DNA of 64,000 nt from Sphingomonas sp. (GCA_021732465.1 JAKFUX010000011.1:9374-73373), one strand, 5' to 3'. Positions 1-9,379 are shown, counted from the stretch's first letter. Numbers and translations: made by a program. Notes: generated from the sequence alone by a model not told the origin.

Positions 1-152
1 CCTGGGCAGTTGGAGGGCGATAGGTTCAATCGCATCCCGACGATGGCCGATCTGTTTGCTAAAGTAGTAAGAAGTAGCAAAGTCGAGGGCTGGCCATTGC
101 ACTGACCGGCGTGCGCTTATCAGTTGCCCGCAAACAGGGTGACGGGCCGACG

Positions 153-311
153 TTGTGGGAATTTATGTGGGAGCAATTTTTGAAACCCATAAAAAGCTAA
201 TCTATAATAGATAGTTATAGGTTATATTCTACGGACTCCGTCTCCGCCAAGTGCTGTTGATTTTGTTATATAAAATCATTTTTCTTGAGTTTGTCACCAA
301 TATTGCTCCCC
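153..311 (+). mobile_element. Putative att junction of a tRNA-targeting (tyrosine-integrase) integrative element
   Basis: ACTCCGTCTCCGCCA (235-249) resembles a tRNA-Ser 3' end with no tRNA body upstream. It lies in AT-rich DNA, flanked by arm-like 12-bp-spaced repeats TGTGGGA..TGTGGGAGCAA (154-176) and inverted TTGTCACCAATATTGCTCCCC (291-311). Confidence 0.55.
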
Positions 312-415
312 GATAACAGCGGCGCTTGCCTTTGTTTGAGCGCGTTGATCGACTGTCGCGGGTTTCGCAATTGTCGTAGTCGATCCTGCCAAAAATCAGA
401 TCGCTCGATCGCCCG

Positions 416-438
416 GCGACAGTTGCGACAGTTGCGAC
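416..438. repeat. 9-bp tandem repeat (GCGACAGTT)x2.5
   Basis: gcgacagttgcgacagttgcgac read directly. Confidence 0.8.
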
Positions 439-559
439 GAGGGGCGTCATAACAAGCCCGTCACCCCCCGCCTGTTCTAGCAACGCACGACCCGCCAAAC
501 CTCAGACTGCCACTGGCCGTCAATTGTTGCACCACCTACGACCGGAGCAACCCAGCCGC

Positions 560-607
560 CGTCAGCCGCTCCTCGCGATACAGCCGGTACACGTTCTTCA
601 GGTTCAT
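560..607 (-). pseudogene. IS3-family transposase (OrfB HTH region) remnant
   Basis: Minus strand reads MNLKNVYRLYREERLT, matching the NxKxVYRLYREExL motif of IS3/IS407-group OrfB. No remainder of the ORF is visible. Confidence 0.65.
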
Positions 608-834
608 GCCTTTGGACGCGCACTGTACCGTCGACATGATGGGAATGATGGCTCGGTTGAGAATGTCACGACTATCTGCTCACGCTAGCCTAAGGGGTTG
701 GGGCACACCTTCAATTCGCTAGATCAGTCCAGAATGTTAGAGGCCGCTCAATTGGGCCAGCCTGACCGCGCTTGCCCACCACTTGACTGCTTTCCACCCG
801 TGGCGGTATCGCTGGTTTGTCAAAAGGGGGCTGC

Positions 835-1512
835 ATGTCGTTAATCGAGCGGCTTTCGGGCAGAGAATTCGAAGCCGGGCTCTCGCCTGGGCAATTACTC
901 TATTATTGGCTTGAGCGCGAGGCCTGTCACCGCCTTATGCGCCGTCCGCCGCCGGAATTGCCCGGCCCGCGCTTACTAAACCTGGGTTGCGGGCCGTATT
1001 TCTTCGACGGCTGGATCAACGCCGACGATTATGCATTTAAGCGCCGCATACGCGAGCGCCGATTTCGGCCCAACTGGCAGCTGGATATCGCTCGACCATG
1101 GGCGTGCCGCGACGGTTTTTTCGACGGTATGTTTTGCGAACATGTCATCGAGCACATTGCCTATTCGCAGGCCGTACACGTTTTTCGTGAGGCGTTTCGT
1201 AGCCTGAAGCCGGGGAGCTGGATTCGCATCAGCGTGCCCGATCTGGGCAAATATGTTCGCTACTACACCAATGAGAAACCCGATTCTGGGTTCGGGGAGT
1301 TTCCGGAACGCGCGCTTGCGATATCGTTCCTAACTCAGATGCACCTGCACCGGTCGGCATGGGACGCAGCGTTGATGGTGCGGGTGCTGCAAGAAGTGGG
1401 CTTCGTCGACGCGCGGGAGGCAGGGTTCGGCGAGGGTTCTGATCCGCAGATCATCCGGGACGACCCCGACAAGGAGCATGAAAGCCTTTATGTGGAGGCG
1501 CGGAGGCCTTGA
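835..1512 (+). CDS. Class I SAM-dependent methyltransferase (type found in surface-polysaccharide loci)
   Basis: LNLGCG motif I, EHVIEH, LKPGSWIRISVPD; ATG at 835 after GGGGG. Confidence 0.85.
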   Translation: MSLIERLSGREFEAGLSPGQLLYYWLEREACHRLMRRPPPELPGPRLLNLGCGPYFFDGWINADDYAFKRRIRERRFRPNWQLDIARPWACRDGFFDGMFCEHVIEHIAYSQAVHVFREAFRSLKPGSWIRISVPDLGKYVRYYTNEKPDSGFGEFPERALAISFLTQMHLHRSAWDAALMVRVLQEVGFVDAREAGFGEGSDPQIIRDDPDKEHESLYVEARRP

Positions 1513-2046
1513 TCTGTTGCCGGCTGCCAGACACCGGCTAGGACGTCGCTCTGTCTATCCGCATCGGAGCCTAGTCTAAACACACGATAATCCTCGGCGA
1601 CCCCTTTGCGGACCGGGCAGACCTTTTTTGCAGATTTAGCGCCCCGTTAGCAGCGTGGACGTGCACCCTTTTTTCCCTGATCCCCCGTGTGGCTAAGCGT
1701 GTAGCGAGAAATTGCCGCGTGGCCGCGCAGCGCGGTATGATCGACCTTGCCGATAGCAATCACGCCGCTGGGCACAGGGCGGGCATGTTATTGGCCAACC
1801 CGCTTGATCGGGCCGCCTTTCGCTTGCGGGACACCAGGCAAAGGACCTGAGGGCCGTTGGGAATCGAAGGGCGATACCGCAGGCCGTAAATGTCAAAATG
1901 GTGCGCATGTGCTTTCCTGCTGCAGGCCTGACGATGCAGTGCACCATGATCCACGGCCGCCCGGCGCGCGCCGAGGTTAGGCTTTCCTGCGGCGCGTGAC
2001 GGAGCGCCATAAGCGGTCTACAAAAAATCGGAGGGGAGGAGCGGTT

Positions 2047-2727
2047 ATGTGGCGGTGGCGATTATGCGTTTTGTGCGGTGCTGCCATGTTCTGGGTGTCA
2101 TCGTCATTTGCGTTGGTGCCGGGAATTCATGGATGCGGGCTGCATAGCGACCCGATATTGGCGTTTGAGCTGGTCAAGACTCCGGGCGAGCTGGAGCGCT
2201 TGATGCCGGCGGAGTGCCGATCAGCAATGCTTGAAGCCCAGCGGGCCGCATTATGGATTGATGTCGTTCGGTTCGTGCCAGCCTATCTGGCGGTGCTCAT
2301 CACCTGCTTGGTGGCGCTTGGCAGAGACCTGGGGCATTCGTCCACGCGGGGCATGTGGGTTGGCGTTTTGCTGGCGGGGTGTGCGGGTGTATTTGATCAG
2401 ATCGAAAACCACAGATTACTCCAGATCATCGCGCATTTCCCGGGCACACAGGCCGATTTTGATGTGCTGATCCCGGCCGTTCGGGCAAAATTTTTCCTGT
2501 TGAGCGCAGCAATTGCAACGATCGCCCTCTTGATGTTTCGACGCCCGGACTGGCTGCGCTGGATTGGCCTGGTCATGGGGGGCAGCGCCATGCTGTCAGT
2601 TTATGCGTTGGTCGCGCGACCGCATGATGTCGTGGCATTCAGCGTGCCGGGCTGGCTGACAATTCCGGTCACCGCGATCATCATGAGTTTCTGGCGACCG
2701 AAGCCAGGCGGCAGCGCACCCGGATGA
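2047..2727 (+). CDS. Hypothetical multi-pass membrane protein
   Basis: Several hydrophobic helices, FDQIEN motif; GGAGGAG RBS upstream of ATG 2047. Confidence 0.7.
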   Translation: MWRWRLCVLCGAAMFWVSSSFALVPGIHGCGLHSDPILAFELVKTPGELERLMPAECRSAMLEAQRAALWIDVVRFVPAYLAVLITCLVALGRDLGHSSTRGMWVGVLLAGCAGVFDQIENHRLLQIIAHFPGTQADFDVLIPAVRAKFFLLSAAIATIALLMFRRPDWLRWIGLVMGGSAMLSVYALVARPHDVVAFSVPGWLTIPVTAIIMSFWRPKPGGSAPG

Positions 2728-2916
2728 GCGGACCGGCGATGGCGGGTGACGCCTTCATGCTGTTGGCTTGACGCCGATTTCCCCAAAAGCTGGCCTGTTT
2801 TCCGCCTCCCGACCTCCGCTCTCCGCCCTCTGTGCAGCGCGGTTGCGCAGATTATTTTGACATCACCTGCCGCGCCGATAAACCAAATGCGATGATCCGT
2901 CCGCCCCGTCCCTGAA

Positions 2917-3561
2917 ATGCAGACCCAAACGCATGCTTTGCTTGGCGCGTGGCTGTTTGGTCGGCGCGATTCGACCTTGATGATGGCTGGGGCAATTGCG
3001 GGTGCTGCCCCTGATTTATCGATGTTCGTGATCGTGGCGGTGCTCGCCGCACAGGGGCATAGTGGCCAACAGATTTTCGGGCATGATTATTTTCAACCCT
3101 GGTGGCAGCACATTAATGGGCTGAGCCATAGTTTCCCGCTTTGGGGGCTGGCGCTGATGACCATGTTGTTCGTGCAAAGGGCGCGGCCGGGTGCGCGCTG
3201 GGCGGCGATTGGGGTTACTGTTGCGGCCGCAGGGCTTGCGCACGGGGCGGTCGATTTCCTGTGCCACCGCGAAGACGCGCATATGCAATTCTGGCCGCTG
3301 TCCGATTGGAAATTTGTATCGCCCGTTTCCTATTATGACCGCCGTCATTTTGGCGTGCCGGTGATGATCGGGGAGGCCGTAGCGGGGCTGGCGATGGCCT
3401 GGCAGCTGGCGCATTGGGCGCGACACCGCTGGTCGCGTGCGCTGATCGCGATCGTGGCGCTGCCCTATGCGGCGTCGCTGGTGGTGCTTGCGGTGTCGAC
3501 GGTGCGCGCGGCGCTCCCGTCGGATGGCGCGGCGCGGCAAGCCGCTGCGCCCTATCAATAA
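2917..3561 (+). CDS. Membrane metal-dependent hydrolase (YdjM-like; family often mislabelled CobQ)
   Basis: N-terminal THALLG, APD, SHS, HGAVD..H motifs, FWPLS, TM segments. Confidence 0.7.
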   Translation: MQTQTHALLGAWLFGRRDSTLMMAGAIAGAAPDLSMFVIVAVLAAQGHSGQQIFGHDYFQPWWQHINGLSHSFPLWGLALMTMLFVQRARPGARWAAIGVTVAAAGLAHGAVDFLCHREDAHMQFWPLSDWKFVSPVSYYDRRHFGVPVMIGEAVAGLAMAWQLAHWARHRWSRALIAIVALPYAASLVVLAVSTVRAALPSDGAARQAAAPYQ

Positions 3562-3662
3562 TCAGGATAGCTTAAGGGCACGGGCAACACGTTCCTCCTT
3601 GATCCCCCCCGCCAAAAGCGGCGATAGGCTTGTCCAACCAACAGTTGCAAAGGCCATAACCA

Positions 3663-4532
3663 ATGAAAATAATCGGCGTCATCGGCGCGGGCCAAATGGG
3701 CGCAGGGATTGCGCAGGTCTCCGCTCAGGCCGGGTACCGTGTGCTGCTGTCCGACGTTGATCTGGCGCGCGCGGAAGGGGGTAAGGCGGGGATCGCCAAG
3801 GGGCTCGACCGGCTCGTCACCAAGGAAAAAATTACCGCGGCGGCGCGTGATGCGGCGCTGGCATTGATTGAGCCGGTGGCAGGGGTGGAGGCGTTTGCGC
3901 CGTGCGGCCTTGTCATCGAAGCGGCGACCGAGCGTGAGGAGATCAAGCGCGCGATTTTTGCCAATGTGGGTAAGGTGCTCGCGGCGGAGGCGATCCTGGC
4001 CAGCAATACCTCTTCGATCCCGATCACCCGCCTTGCGCAGGCCTCGCCTGATCCGGCGCGGTTCATGGGCGTGCATTTTTTCAATCCGGTGCCGGTGATG
4101 GGGCTGATCGAGCTGATCCGGGGCCTGGCCACCAGCGACGCCACGGTGACGGCGGTCGAGGCGTTCGGCCAGTCGCTCGGCAAACAGATCGTGCATGCCA
4201 ATGATGCGCCGGGCTTCATCGTCAACCGCGTATTGATGCCGATGATCAACGAGGCGGTCTTTGCGCTGGGGGAGGGCGTGGCGACGATGCGCGATATCGA
4301 CACCGCCTGCATGCTGGGGCTGAACCACCCAATGGGGCCGCTGACGCTGGCCGACTTTATCGGGCTCGATACCTGTCTGGAAATCATCCGGGTGCTGTAT
4401 GAGGGCACGGGCGATCCGAAATTCCGCCCTGCGCCGCTGCTGGTGAAATATGTCGAAGCCGGCTGGTATGGCCGCAAGGTAAAGCGCGGATTTTATGATT
4501 ATTCGGGCGCCGAACCCCAACCCACACGCTGA
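3663..4532 (+). CDS. hbd: 3-hydroxybutyryl-CoA dehydrogenase
   Basis: GAGQMG Rossmann fold, ASNTSS, HFFNPVP, PGFIVNR, HPMGPL. Confidence 0.92.
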   Translation: MKIIGVIGAGQMGAGIAQVSAQAGYRVLLSDVDLARAEGGKAGIAKGLDRLVTKEKITAAARDAALALIEPVAGVEAFAPCGLVIEAATEREEIKRAIFANVGKVLAAEAILASNTSSIPITRLAQASPDPARFMGVHFFNPVPVMGLIELIRGLATSDATVTAVEAFGQSLGKQIVHANDAPGFIVNRVLMPMINEAVFALGEGVATMRDIDTACMLGLNHPMGPLTLADFIGLDTCLEIIRVLYEGTGDPKFRPAPLLVKYVEAGWYGRKVKRGFYDYSGAEPQPTR

Positions 4533-4543
4533 GGGCCAACAAG

Positions 4544-5062
4544 ATGATCAAGACGATGTTCGCGGCTATGGCTTTGGCCGCGATGGGCACCCCCGCCACC
4601 GCGCAGCAAGCCACGCCCGCCCCTGTGGCGGTGGTTGCCACGCCAGCACCCGTGCCTGCGCCGCCCTATGGCACGCCGATAACGCTGGCCCAGGCACAAA
4701 GGTTGATTGATCGCGCACTCGCTGCGGCACGGGCGCGGGGCTTTCGGATGGCGATTGCCGTGGTTGAACCCAGCGCGAGCCTGGTCGCTTTTGCGCGGAT
4801 GGATGATACCCAATATGGCTCCATCATCGTGGCGCAGGAAAAGGCGGGCAGCGCAGCGCGGTTCCGCACGCCGACGGCAGTGATGGCCAAGGCAGTGCTC
4901 GATGGGCGGGTGACGACGCTGGCCCTGCCCGGCGCGCTGCCCATTGCCGGCGGCCGGCCGATCGTGGTTGGCGGCAAGATTATTGGCGCAATCGGGGTAT
5001 CGGGTGCCAGTTCCGCCGAGGATGACGAGATCGCCACGGCAGCGATGGCCGATATGGGGTGA
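4544..5062 (+). CDS. Exported GlcG/HbpS-family heme-binding protein
   Basis: Signal peptide, Pro/Ala linker, AIAVV..RMD, EKA, GGRPI..IGAIGVSG..D. Confidence 0.85.
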   Translation: MIKTMFAAMALAAMGTPATAQQATPAPVAVVATPAPVPAPPYGTPITLAQAQRLIDRALAAARARGFRMAIAVVEPSASLVAFARMDDTQYGSIIVAQEKAGSAARFRTPTAVMAKAVLDGRVTTLALPGALPIAGGRPIVVGGKIIGAIGVSGASSAEDDEIATAAMADMG

Positions 5063-5101
5063 CCGGTGTCGCCGCGTTTCGGCGTCGACACCGGCTGCCC
5101 G

Positions 5102-5878
5102 TCAACCGCGCTTGGCCGCGCTGGCTGCCTGAATGAACTGGAAAACCTGGTGGTCAAAGCCGGGATCGGCCCGTCCTTCCCATTCATCCATTTTGGCATA
5201 CATCTGCCGCGCACCGTCCATCATTGCGGGCGTCGCGATGCGGGTAAATGGTTCGAGCAGCGTGTTCCATTCAGTGACAAAGGCCTGCGCTGCGTCGCTG
5301 GCCGGATCAAGCGGCAATGCCGCCTTGATGCGGGTGCCCAGCTCTTTCCATTTGGCTGAATAGGCGGCCTGATCAAAACCGGCATAGGCCGTTGCCATGT
5401 CGCCCCGTTTTGCCTCGAAATCGGCCCTTGCCGCGTCGCTCATATAGCGATCAGTCACGGCTTCCCATTGTTTTGCTTCATCCGTCATCATCATGTCTCC
5501 TGTCCTGATCAGCGAGCAGAAGGTCGCGGCATCGATCGGCTCGCCGCGATCGATTCGGGACAGTGTCGTCGCGAGGACGTCGCGAATTTCGCCAAGCGTG
5601 CGGGCCTGCGCGTCAACCTGGTCAAGCTTGATCGCCAGCAATTCGCGCAGATCAATCGGCTTGCGGTCGAACAACCCCTTGATGTCGGCAAGGCTGAGCC
5701 CGGCCCGCTTCAGCGCCACAAGCTGGTACAGCCGTTCCAACTCACCCGATCCGTAACACCGCCGCCCGGACGCCGTACGCAGCGGTTTTACCAGCCCGCG
5801 CGCTTCATAGAATCGCAAAGCGCGCGAGGTTAGCCCGGTGCGGCGGGCGACATCGGTAATGTCAAGAATCAGCGTCAT
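5102..5878 (-). CDS. MerR-family regulator with C-terminal TipAS-like ligand-binding domain
   Basis: MerR HTH (DVARRTGLTSRALRFYEARGL..GRRCY); C-terminal DPASDAAQAFVTEW..MYA. Confidence 0.88.
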   Translation of the reverse strand: MTLILDITDVARRTGLTSRALRFYEARGLVKPLRTASGRRCYGSGELERLYQLVALKRAGLSLADIKGLFDRKPIDLRELLAIKLDQVDAQARTLGEIRDVLATTLSRIDRGEPIDAATFCSLIRTGDMMMTDEAKQWEAVTDRYMSDAARADFEAKRGDMATAYAGFDQAAYSAKWKELGTRIKAALPLDPASDAAQAFVTEWNTLLEPFTRIATPAMMDGARQMYAKMDEWEGRADPGFDHQVFQFIQAASAAKRG

Positions 5879-5884
5879 GGGGGC

Positions 5885-5915
5885 GGTGTAGTGGTTGACG
5901 CTGGGTCAACTTCAA
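5885..5915 (-). promoter_or_regulatory. MerR-type promoter with 19-bp spacer and operator dyad, probably leaderless
   Basis: Minus strand TTGAAG-19 nt-TACACC; dyad GTTGAC-N5-GTCAAC at 5894-5910; ATG 6 nt after the -10. Confidence 0.8.
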
Positions 5916-5979
5916 GCGCTATTTTCCACGGTGTATCGTCGCCGCGAAACGCGCATCCTTGCCCATCGGCGGCTCATGC

Positions 5980-6438
5980 TCAGCCGAGCCGCAGCTCCAT
6001 CGCTTCGCCCACCGCCACGGCATCCCACGCGATTGTCAGCGCAGCAATCCGCTCGCGCAGCCGGGTCACCAGTTCTTCGGTGATCGGCAGCGGCGGGCAG
6101 GAGCGGGCATCACAGGTAACGTGGTACAGCGCGATCACATCTGCGGCACCGCCCCCCGGGGACCAGCCATCGGCCTGCATCACTTCTACCAGCCGCTCAA
6201 CCCCGTCGCTGACGGCGTTGCCCGCCATGCGGACATCAGCCGCTTCGCCATCGCGGACGCGCGAGAGGAAACCCTGGGCGGCGAGCACCTCCTCCACCGC
6301 AAAATGAACCATGTCGTGCGGGATAATCCGCTGTTTGGGGCAGTCGACATGGTGGGTGGTGCCATCAGGCTGGATCAGCTCCAGCCGGTCGACCTTTCCC
6401 GACCCCTTGGTAAAGCGCAGTTTGAGCCCAGCCTCCAT
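5980..6438 (-). CDS. Hypothetical protein (PHDMVHFAVE, possible metal-binding motif)
   Basis: ATG at 6438 preceded by GGAGG; the longer ORF start overlaps the neighbouring gene. Confidence 0.7.
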   Translation of the reverse strand: MEAGLKLRFTKGSGKVDRLELIQPDGTTHHVDCPKQRIIPHDMVHFAVEEVLAAQGFLSRVRDGEAADVRMAGNAVSDGVERLVEVMQADGWSPGGGAADVIALYHVTCDARSCPPLPITEELVTRLRERIAALTIAWDAVAVGEAMELRLG

Positions 6439-6461
6439 TGCCGCCTCCCTTGCCCCAGCCG

Positions 6462-7127
6462 CTACGCTGCAGCGGGCCGCTTTGCACCCCAACCCAGCAC
6501 CACGCGCCACAGCGGGATCGTAATCAGCGATATCTGGGCGATAATCGGCGAGTGGGAAAAGGCGCCGACCAAAATGGCGGTGGTTGCGCCGCACACCGTC
6601 GCCAGCCCGCGCCGCCGGATGCCAGCAATGGTTTCAGCGGGCACGCTGGGGTCGACCACCGGGGGCGATGTCGCCAATCGGCCCAGCCGCAGGTTCAGCA
6701 GCGCGGTGAGCAACAGCCAGCAGCAATACAGCACCACAGGCACGCGCTGGTTACTATAGGTGCTGAGGAAGGCAGTGAAAAACGGCATCGCCGCAATCGT
6801 CAGCAACAGCTGGATATTCGCCGGCACCAGCTTCTCGCTGTAATGCGCGGCACAGCCAAAGGCGCGGTGATGCCCGCTCCAGAACGCGCCAATCACGAAG
6901 AAACTGACGATGAATCCGATGAAATTGGGCGTCAGCGCCAAAAGCGCATAGCCAAATTGCTCGTTGGTCGCGCCGCGCGGCAGGTGGGGCACATGAATTT
7001 CAATGACGAGCAGCGTGATCGCGATGGCAAACACCGCGTCGGAAAAGAAAATCAGCCGTTCCAGCAGATGGTCTGGCCCGTGCCGCGTCGCGGCTGGCCC
7101 GTCATCACGGTTCGTTGCATCGTCCAT
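6462..7127 (-). CDS. TMEM175-family (DUF1211) potassium channel
   Basis: ERLIFFSDAVFAIAITLLV signature, WxxHH, 6 TM. Confidence 0.9.
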   Translation of the reverse strand: MDDATNRDDGPAATRHGPDHLLERLIFFSDAVFAIAITLLVIEIHVPHLPRGATNEQFGYALLALTPNFIGFIVSFFVIGAFWSGHHRAFGCAAHYSEKLVPANIQLLLTIAAMPFFTAFLSTYSNQRVPVVLYCCWLLLTALLNLRLGRLATSPPVVDPSVPAETIAGIRRRGLATVCGATTAILVGAFSHSPIIAQISLITIPLWRVVLGWGAKRPAAA

Positions 7128-7160
7128 TTGCGTCCCCCAACGCTAACGCCAGCCCGAAAG

Positions 7161-8408
7161 CTAGCTGATCAACATCCCCGCCAGTGCCGCGCTCATCAGG
7201 TTGGCGAGCGTGCCGGCCGCCAGCGCGCGAATGCCCAGTTTGGCGATCATCGGGCGCTGATTGGGTGCCAGGCTGCCCGTCGCGGCGATCTGGATCGCAA
7301 TCGACAGGAAATTGGCAAAGCCGCACAGGGCAAAAGTGACAACGGCGGTGGTGCGCGCCGACAGGTTCTTCATCTGGCCCAGATCGATGAACGCGACAAA
7401 TTCGTTCAGCACCACCTTGGTGCCAACCAGACTGCCTGCCGCCGCCGCCTCGCTTGCCGGTATGTTCAGCAGCAGCATGAAGGGCGACAGGACGACGCCC
7501 AATATCCATTGAAAGGTCAGTTCCGGGTGCCCGAACAGCCCGCCCACTGCGCCGAGCAGGCCATTGGCAAGCGCCACGAGCGACACGAACGCCAGCACCA
7601 TGGCGGCAACGGCCACGGCAATCCGCACGCCGGTTTGCGCGCCATTGGCGGCCGCCATGATCACATTTTCGGCGCGCTCAACCTCGACCACCGGGTCGAC
7701 CGGATCGGCAATCTGAATGTCCTGATCGGCGGCGGGCATGGGGGGCACATCGGGCATGATGATCTTGGCCATCAACAGCCCGCCGGGCGCCGACATGAAT
7801 GATGCCGCGAGCAGATAAGGCAGCGCCTGCGGCCCCAGCAGCGCTGCATAGGCGGCCAGGATCGTCCCCGCCACGCCCGCCATCCCGACAGACATCACCG
7901 CAAATAACTGGGGTGGCTTCAGCGCAGGCAGATAGGGGGCGATCACCAGCGGGGCTTCACTTTGCCCCACAAAGATGTTGGCGGCGGCACACAGCGCCTC
8001 AACCTTTGACACGCCGACGATCAGTTCAATCGCGCCGCCGACATATTTGATCACCAGCTGCATGATGCCCAGGTGATACAGGACCGCGACAAGGGCCGCG
8101 AAAAAGATGATCACCGGCAGCGCGGAAAAGGCAAAGGCGGAACCAAAGGTCGGATCAGTCGCCAGCTTGCCGAAAATCAACTGGGTGCCCGCCGCTGCAT
8201 AACCAAGCAGTGCGGAGACGCCGAGCGCCATTGTTTCGATCACGCGTTTGCCAGCGGGCACGTACAGCACCAGCACCGCCATCGCCACCTGCAGGCCGAA
8301 AGCGGCGATGACTACGCGCGGGCGGATCAGCCGTTTATTGTTCGACAGCAGAAACGCGGCCAGCAGGATGACGGCGATCCCGGAAAGGCCGATAAGCGTC
8401 TGGTTCAT
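7161..8408 (-). CDS. nupC: CNT-family (NupC/NupX) nucleoside transporter
   Basis: ANIFVGQSEAP, ASFMSAPGG, KVVLNEFVAF, ALCGFANF. Confidence 0.92.
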   Translation of the reverse strand: MNQTLIGLSGIAVILLAAFLLSNNKRLIRPRVVIAAFGLQVAMAVLVLYVPAGKRVIETMALGVSALLGYAAAGTQLIFGKLATDPTFGSAFAFSALPVIIFFAALVAVLYHLGIMQLVIKYVGGAIELIVGVSKVEALCAAANIFVGQSEAPLVIAPYLPALKPPQLFAVMSVGMAGVAGTILAAYAALLGPQALPYLLAASFMSAPGGLLMAKIIMPDVPPMPAADQDIQIADPVDPVVEVERAENVIMAAANGAQTGVRIAVAVAAMVLAFVSLVALANGLLGAVGGLFGHPELTFQWILGVVLSPFMLLLNIPASEAAAAGSLVGTKVVLNEFVAFIDLGQMKNLSARTTAVVTFALCGFANFLSIAIQIAATGSLAPNQRPMIAKLGIRALAAGTLANLMSAALAGMLIS

Positions 8409-8518
8409 TGATACCCTTTGCGCACAAAACTCACGCGCCCCCCCGGCTGCGCCAGCCGCGCACCATACAGCGCTGACGGCTTTGGGCTAGAGCAAAGCAA
8501 ATACGGCTCCAAACGCCG

Positions 8519-8594
8519 CCCGTTCGGGCTGAGCGAAGTCGAAGCCCAAGCCCAAGCGCTGCGCATGCCCTTCGACTTCGCTCAGGGCGAGCGG
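8519..8594. repeat. Palindromic intergenic repeat (REP/RPE-like)
   Basis: Perfect 16-bp IR CTGAGCGAAGTCGAAG (8529-8544) / CTTCGACTTCGCTCAG (8570-8585). Confidence 0.85.
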
Positions 8595-8635
8595 AGGTTT
8601 TTGGTAAACGAGCTATAAAGCACTGCCCGCCCCGT

Positions 8636-8670
8636 TTGACGGGCGCGGAAATCTCGCTAGCAATCGGCGT
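8636..8670 (+). promoter_or_regulatory. Putative housekeeping-sigma promoter, leaderless yhhQ transcript
   Basis: TTGACG (8636) ... GCTAGCAA (8656-8663); ATG 7 nt later; no SD. Confidence 0.5.
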
Positions 8671-9357
8671 ATGAACCAAAATGATCTCCGCATCCCGCGC
8701 TCGCTATTCGCGCTGTCGATTTTTTATGGCGGCATGGTCTGCATTGCAGGCGTGCTGGGCAATAAGCAGGTGACGCTCGGGCCGCTCTCTGCGATCGGGC
8801 CAATGCTGGGGCTGGGGCCGCTGGCGATTGAAGCGGGGATCTTCGCCTTTCTGATGCTGGTGGTGGTGTCGAGCGCGATTGCCGAGCTGCACGGTGCGGT
8901 CATCGCCAACCGGCTGGTGCGCTTCGGCTTCGTGCCGCTGATCGCGTCGATCCTGTTGTCGCTGATCGTCCTGGTTATTCCCGCCGCGCCCGACATGGAC
9001 CCGGCGCGTGCGCAAGCGTTTGAACTGATGATGGGCGCAACCCCGCGCATCTGGGTGGGTGGCATCATCTCCTACGGCATTTCGCAGACGCTGAACGTCT
9101 ATGTTTTTTCGGCGCTGAAAGGGCGTGAGGGCGGCGGGCTGCTCTGGCTGCGCGCCGGAATCGCCAGCATCCTATCGCAGATCGTCGATACCCTGCTGTT
9201 CGTCAGCATCGCGTTTCTGGGCGTCTTCCCGATCCGCGAGCTGCTGATCGGGCAGATGGTGGTAAAGGTGGGCCTCTCCGCGCTGCTGGTACCGCCGCTG
9301 ATTTATGCAGTGGTGGGGATTGGGCGGTGGCTGGACCGGGCGGGGAGTGAGGGGTGA
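8671..9357 (+). CDS. yhhQ: Queuosine precursor transporter (YhhQ/QPTR, Vut_1)
   Basis: ELHG..A, PRI..G..SY..SQ.LN, WLR..S..SQIVDTLLF. Confidence 0.88.
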   Translation: MNQNDLRIPRSLFALSIFYGGMVCIAGVLGNKQVTLGPLSAIGPMLGLGPLAIEAGIFAFLMLVVVSSAIAELHGAVIANRLVRFGFVPLIASILLSLIVLVIPAAPDMDPARAQAFELMMGATPRIWVGGIISYGISQTLNVYVFSALKGREGGGLLWLRAGIASILSQIVDTLLFVSIAFLGVFPIRELLIGQMVVKVGLSALLVPPLIYAVVGIGRWLDRAGSEG

Positions 9358-9379
9358 GGTTGGGTGTTTGGTCAGTCAG

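Noticed and set aside
1-105. Open frame entering from the left edge (PGQLEG..WPLH*)
   Set aside because: Too short to assign; no recognisable motif
231-250. tRNA gene
   Set aside because: Only a 3'-end-like stretch ending in CCA; no T-loop GTTCGA or cloverleaf upstream
1513-2040. Short ORFs, riboswitch or second att end in the long intergenic region
   Set aside because: No convincing coding signal or conserved RNA motif; GTGTGGCTA/GTGTAGCGA near 1687-1707 is too weak to call
2917-3561. CobQ / cobalamin locus
   Set aside because: No amidotransferase or P-loop motifs, no B12 riboswitch, no cob neighbours
6438-7802. Long antisense ORFs (also 3555-4520, 17235-18251, 47881-48744, 57724-58584, 58675-59682)
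   Set aside because: Shadow frames of well-supported genes in high-GC DNA
8409-8670. preQ1 riboswitch before yhhQ
   Set aside because: The hairpin there is a REP repeat, and the promoter position leaves no leader
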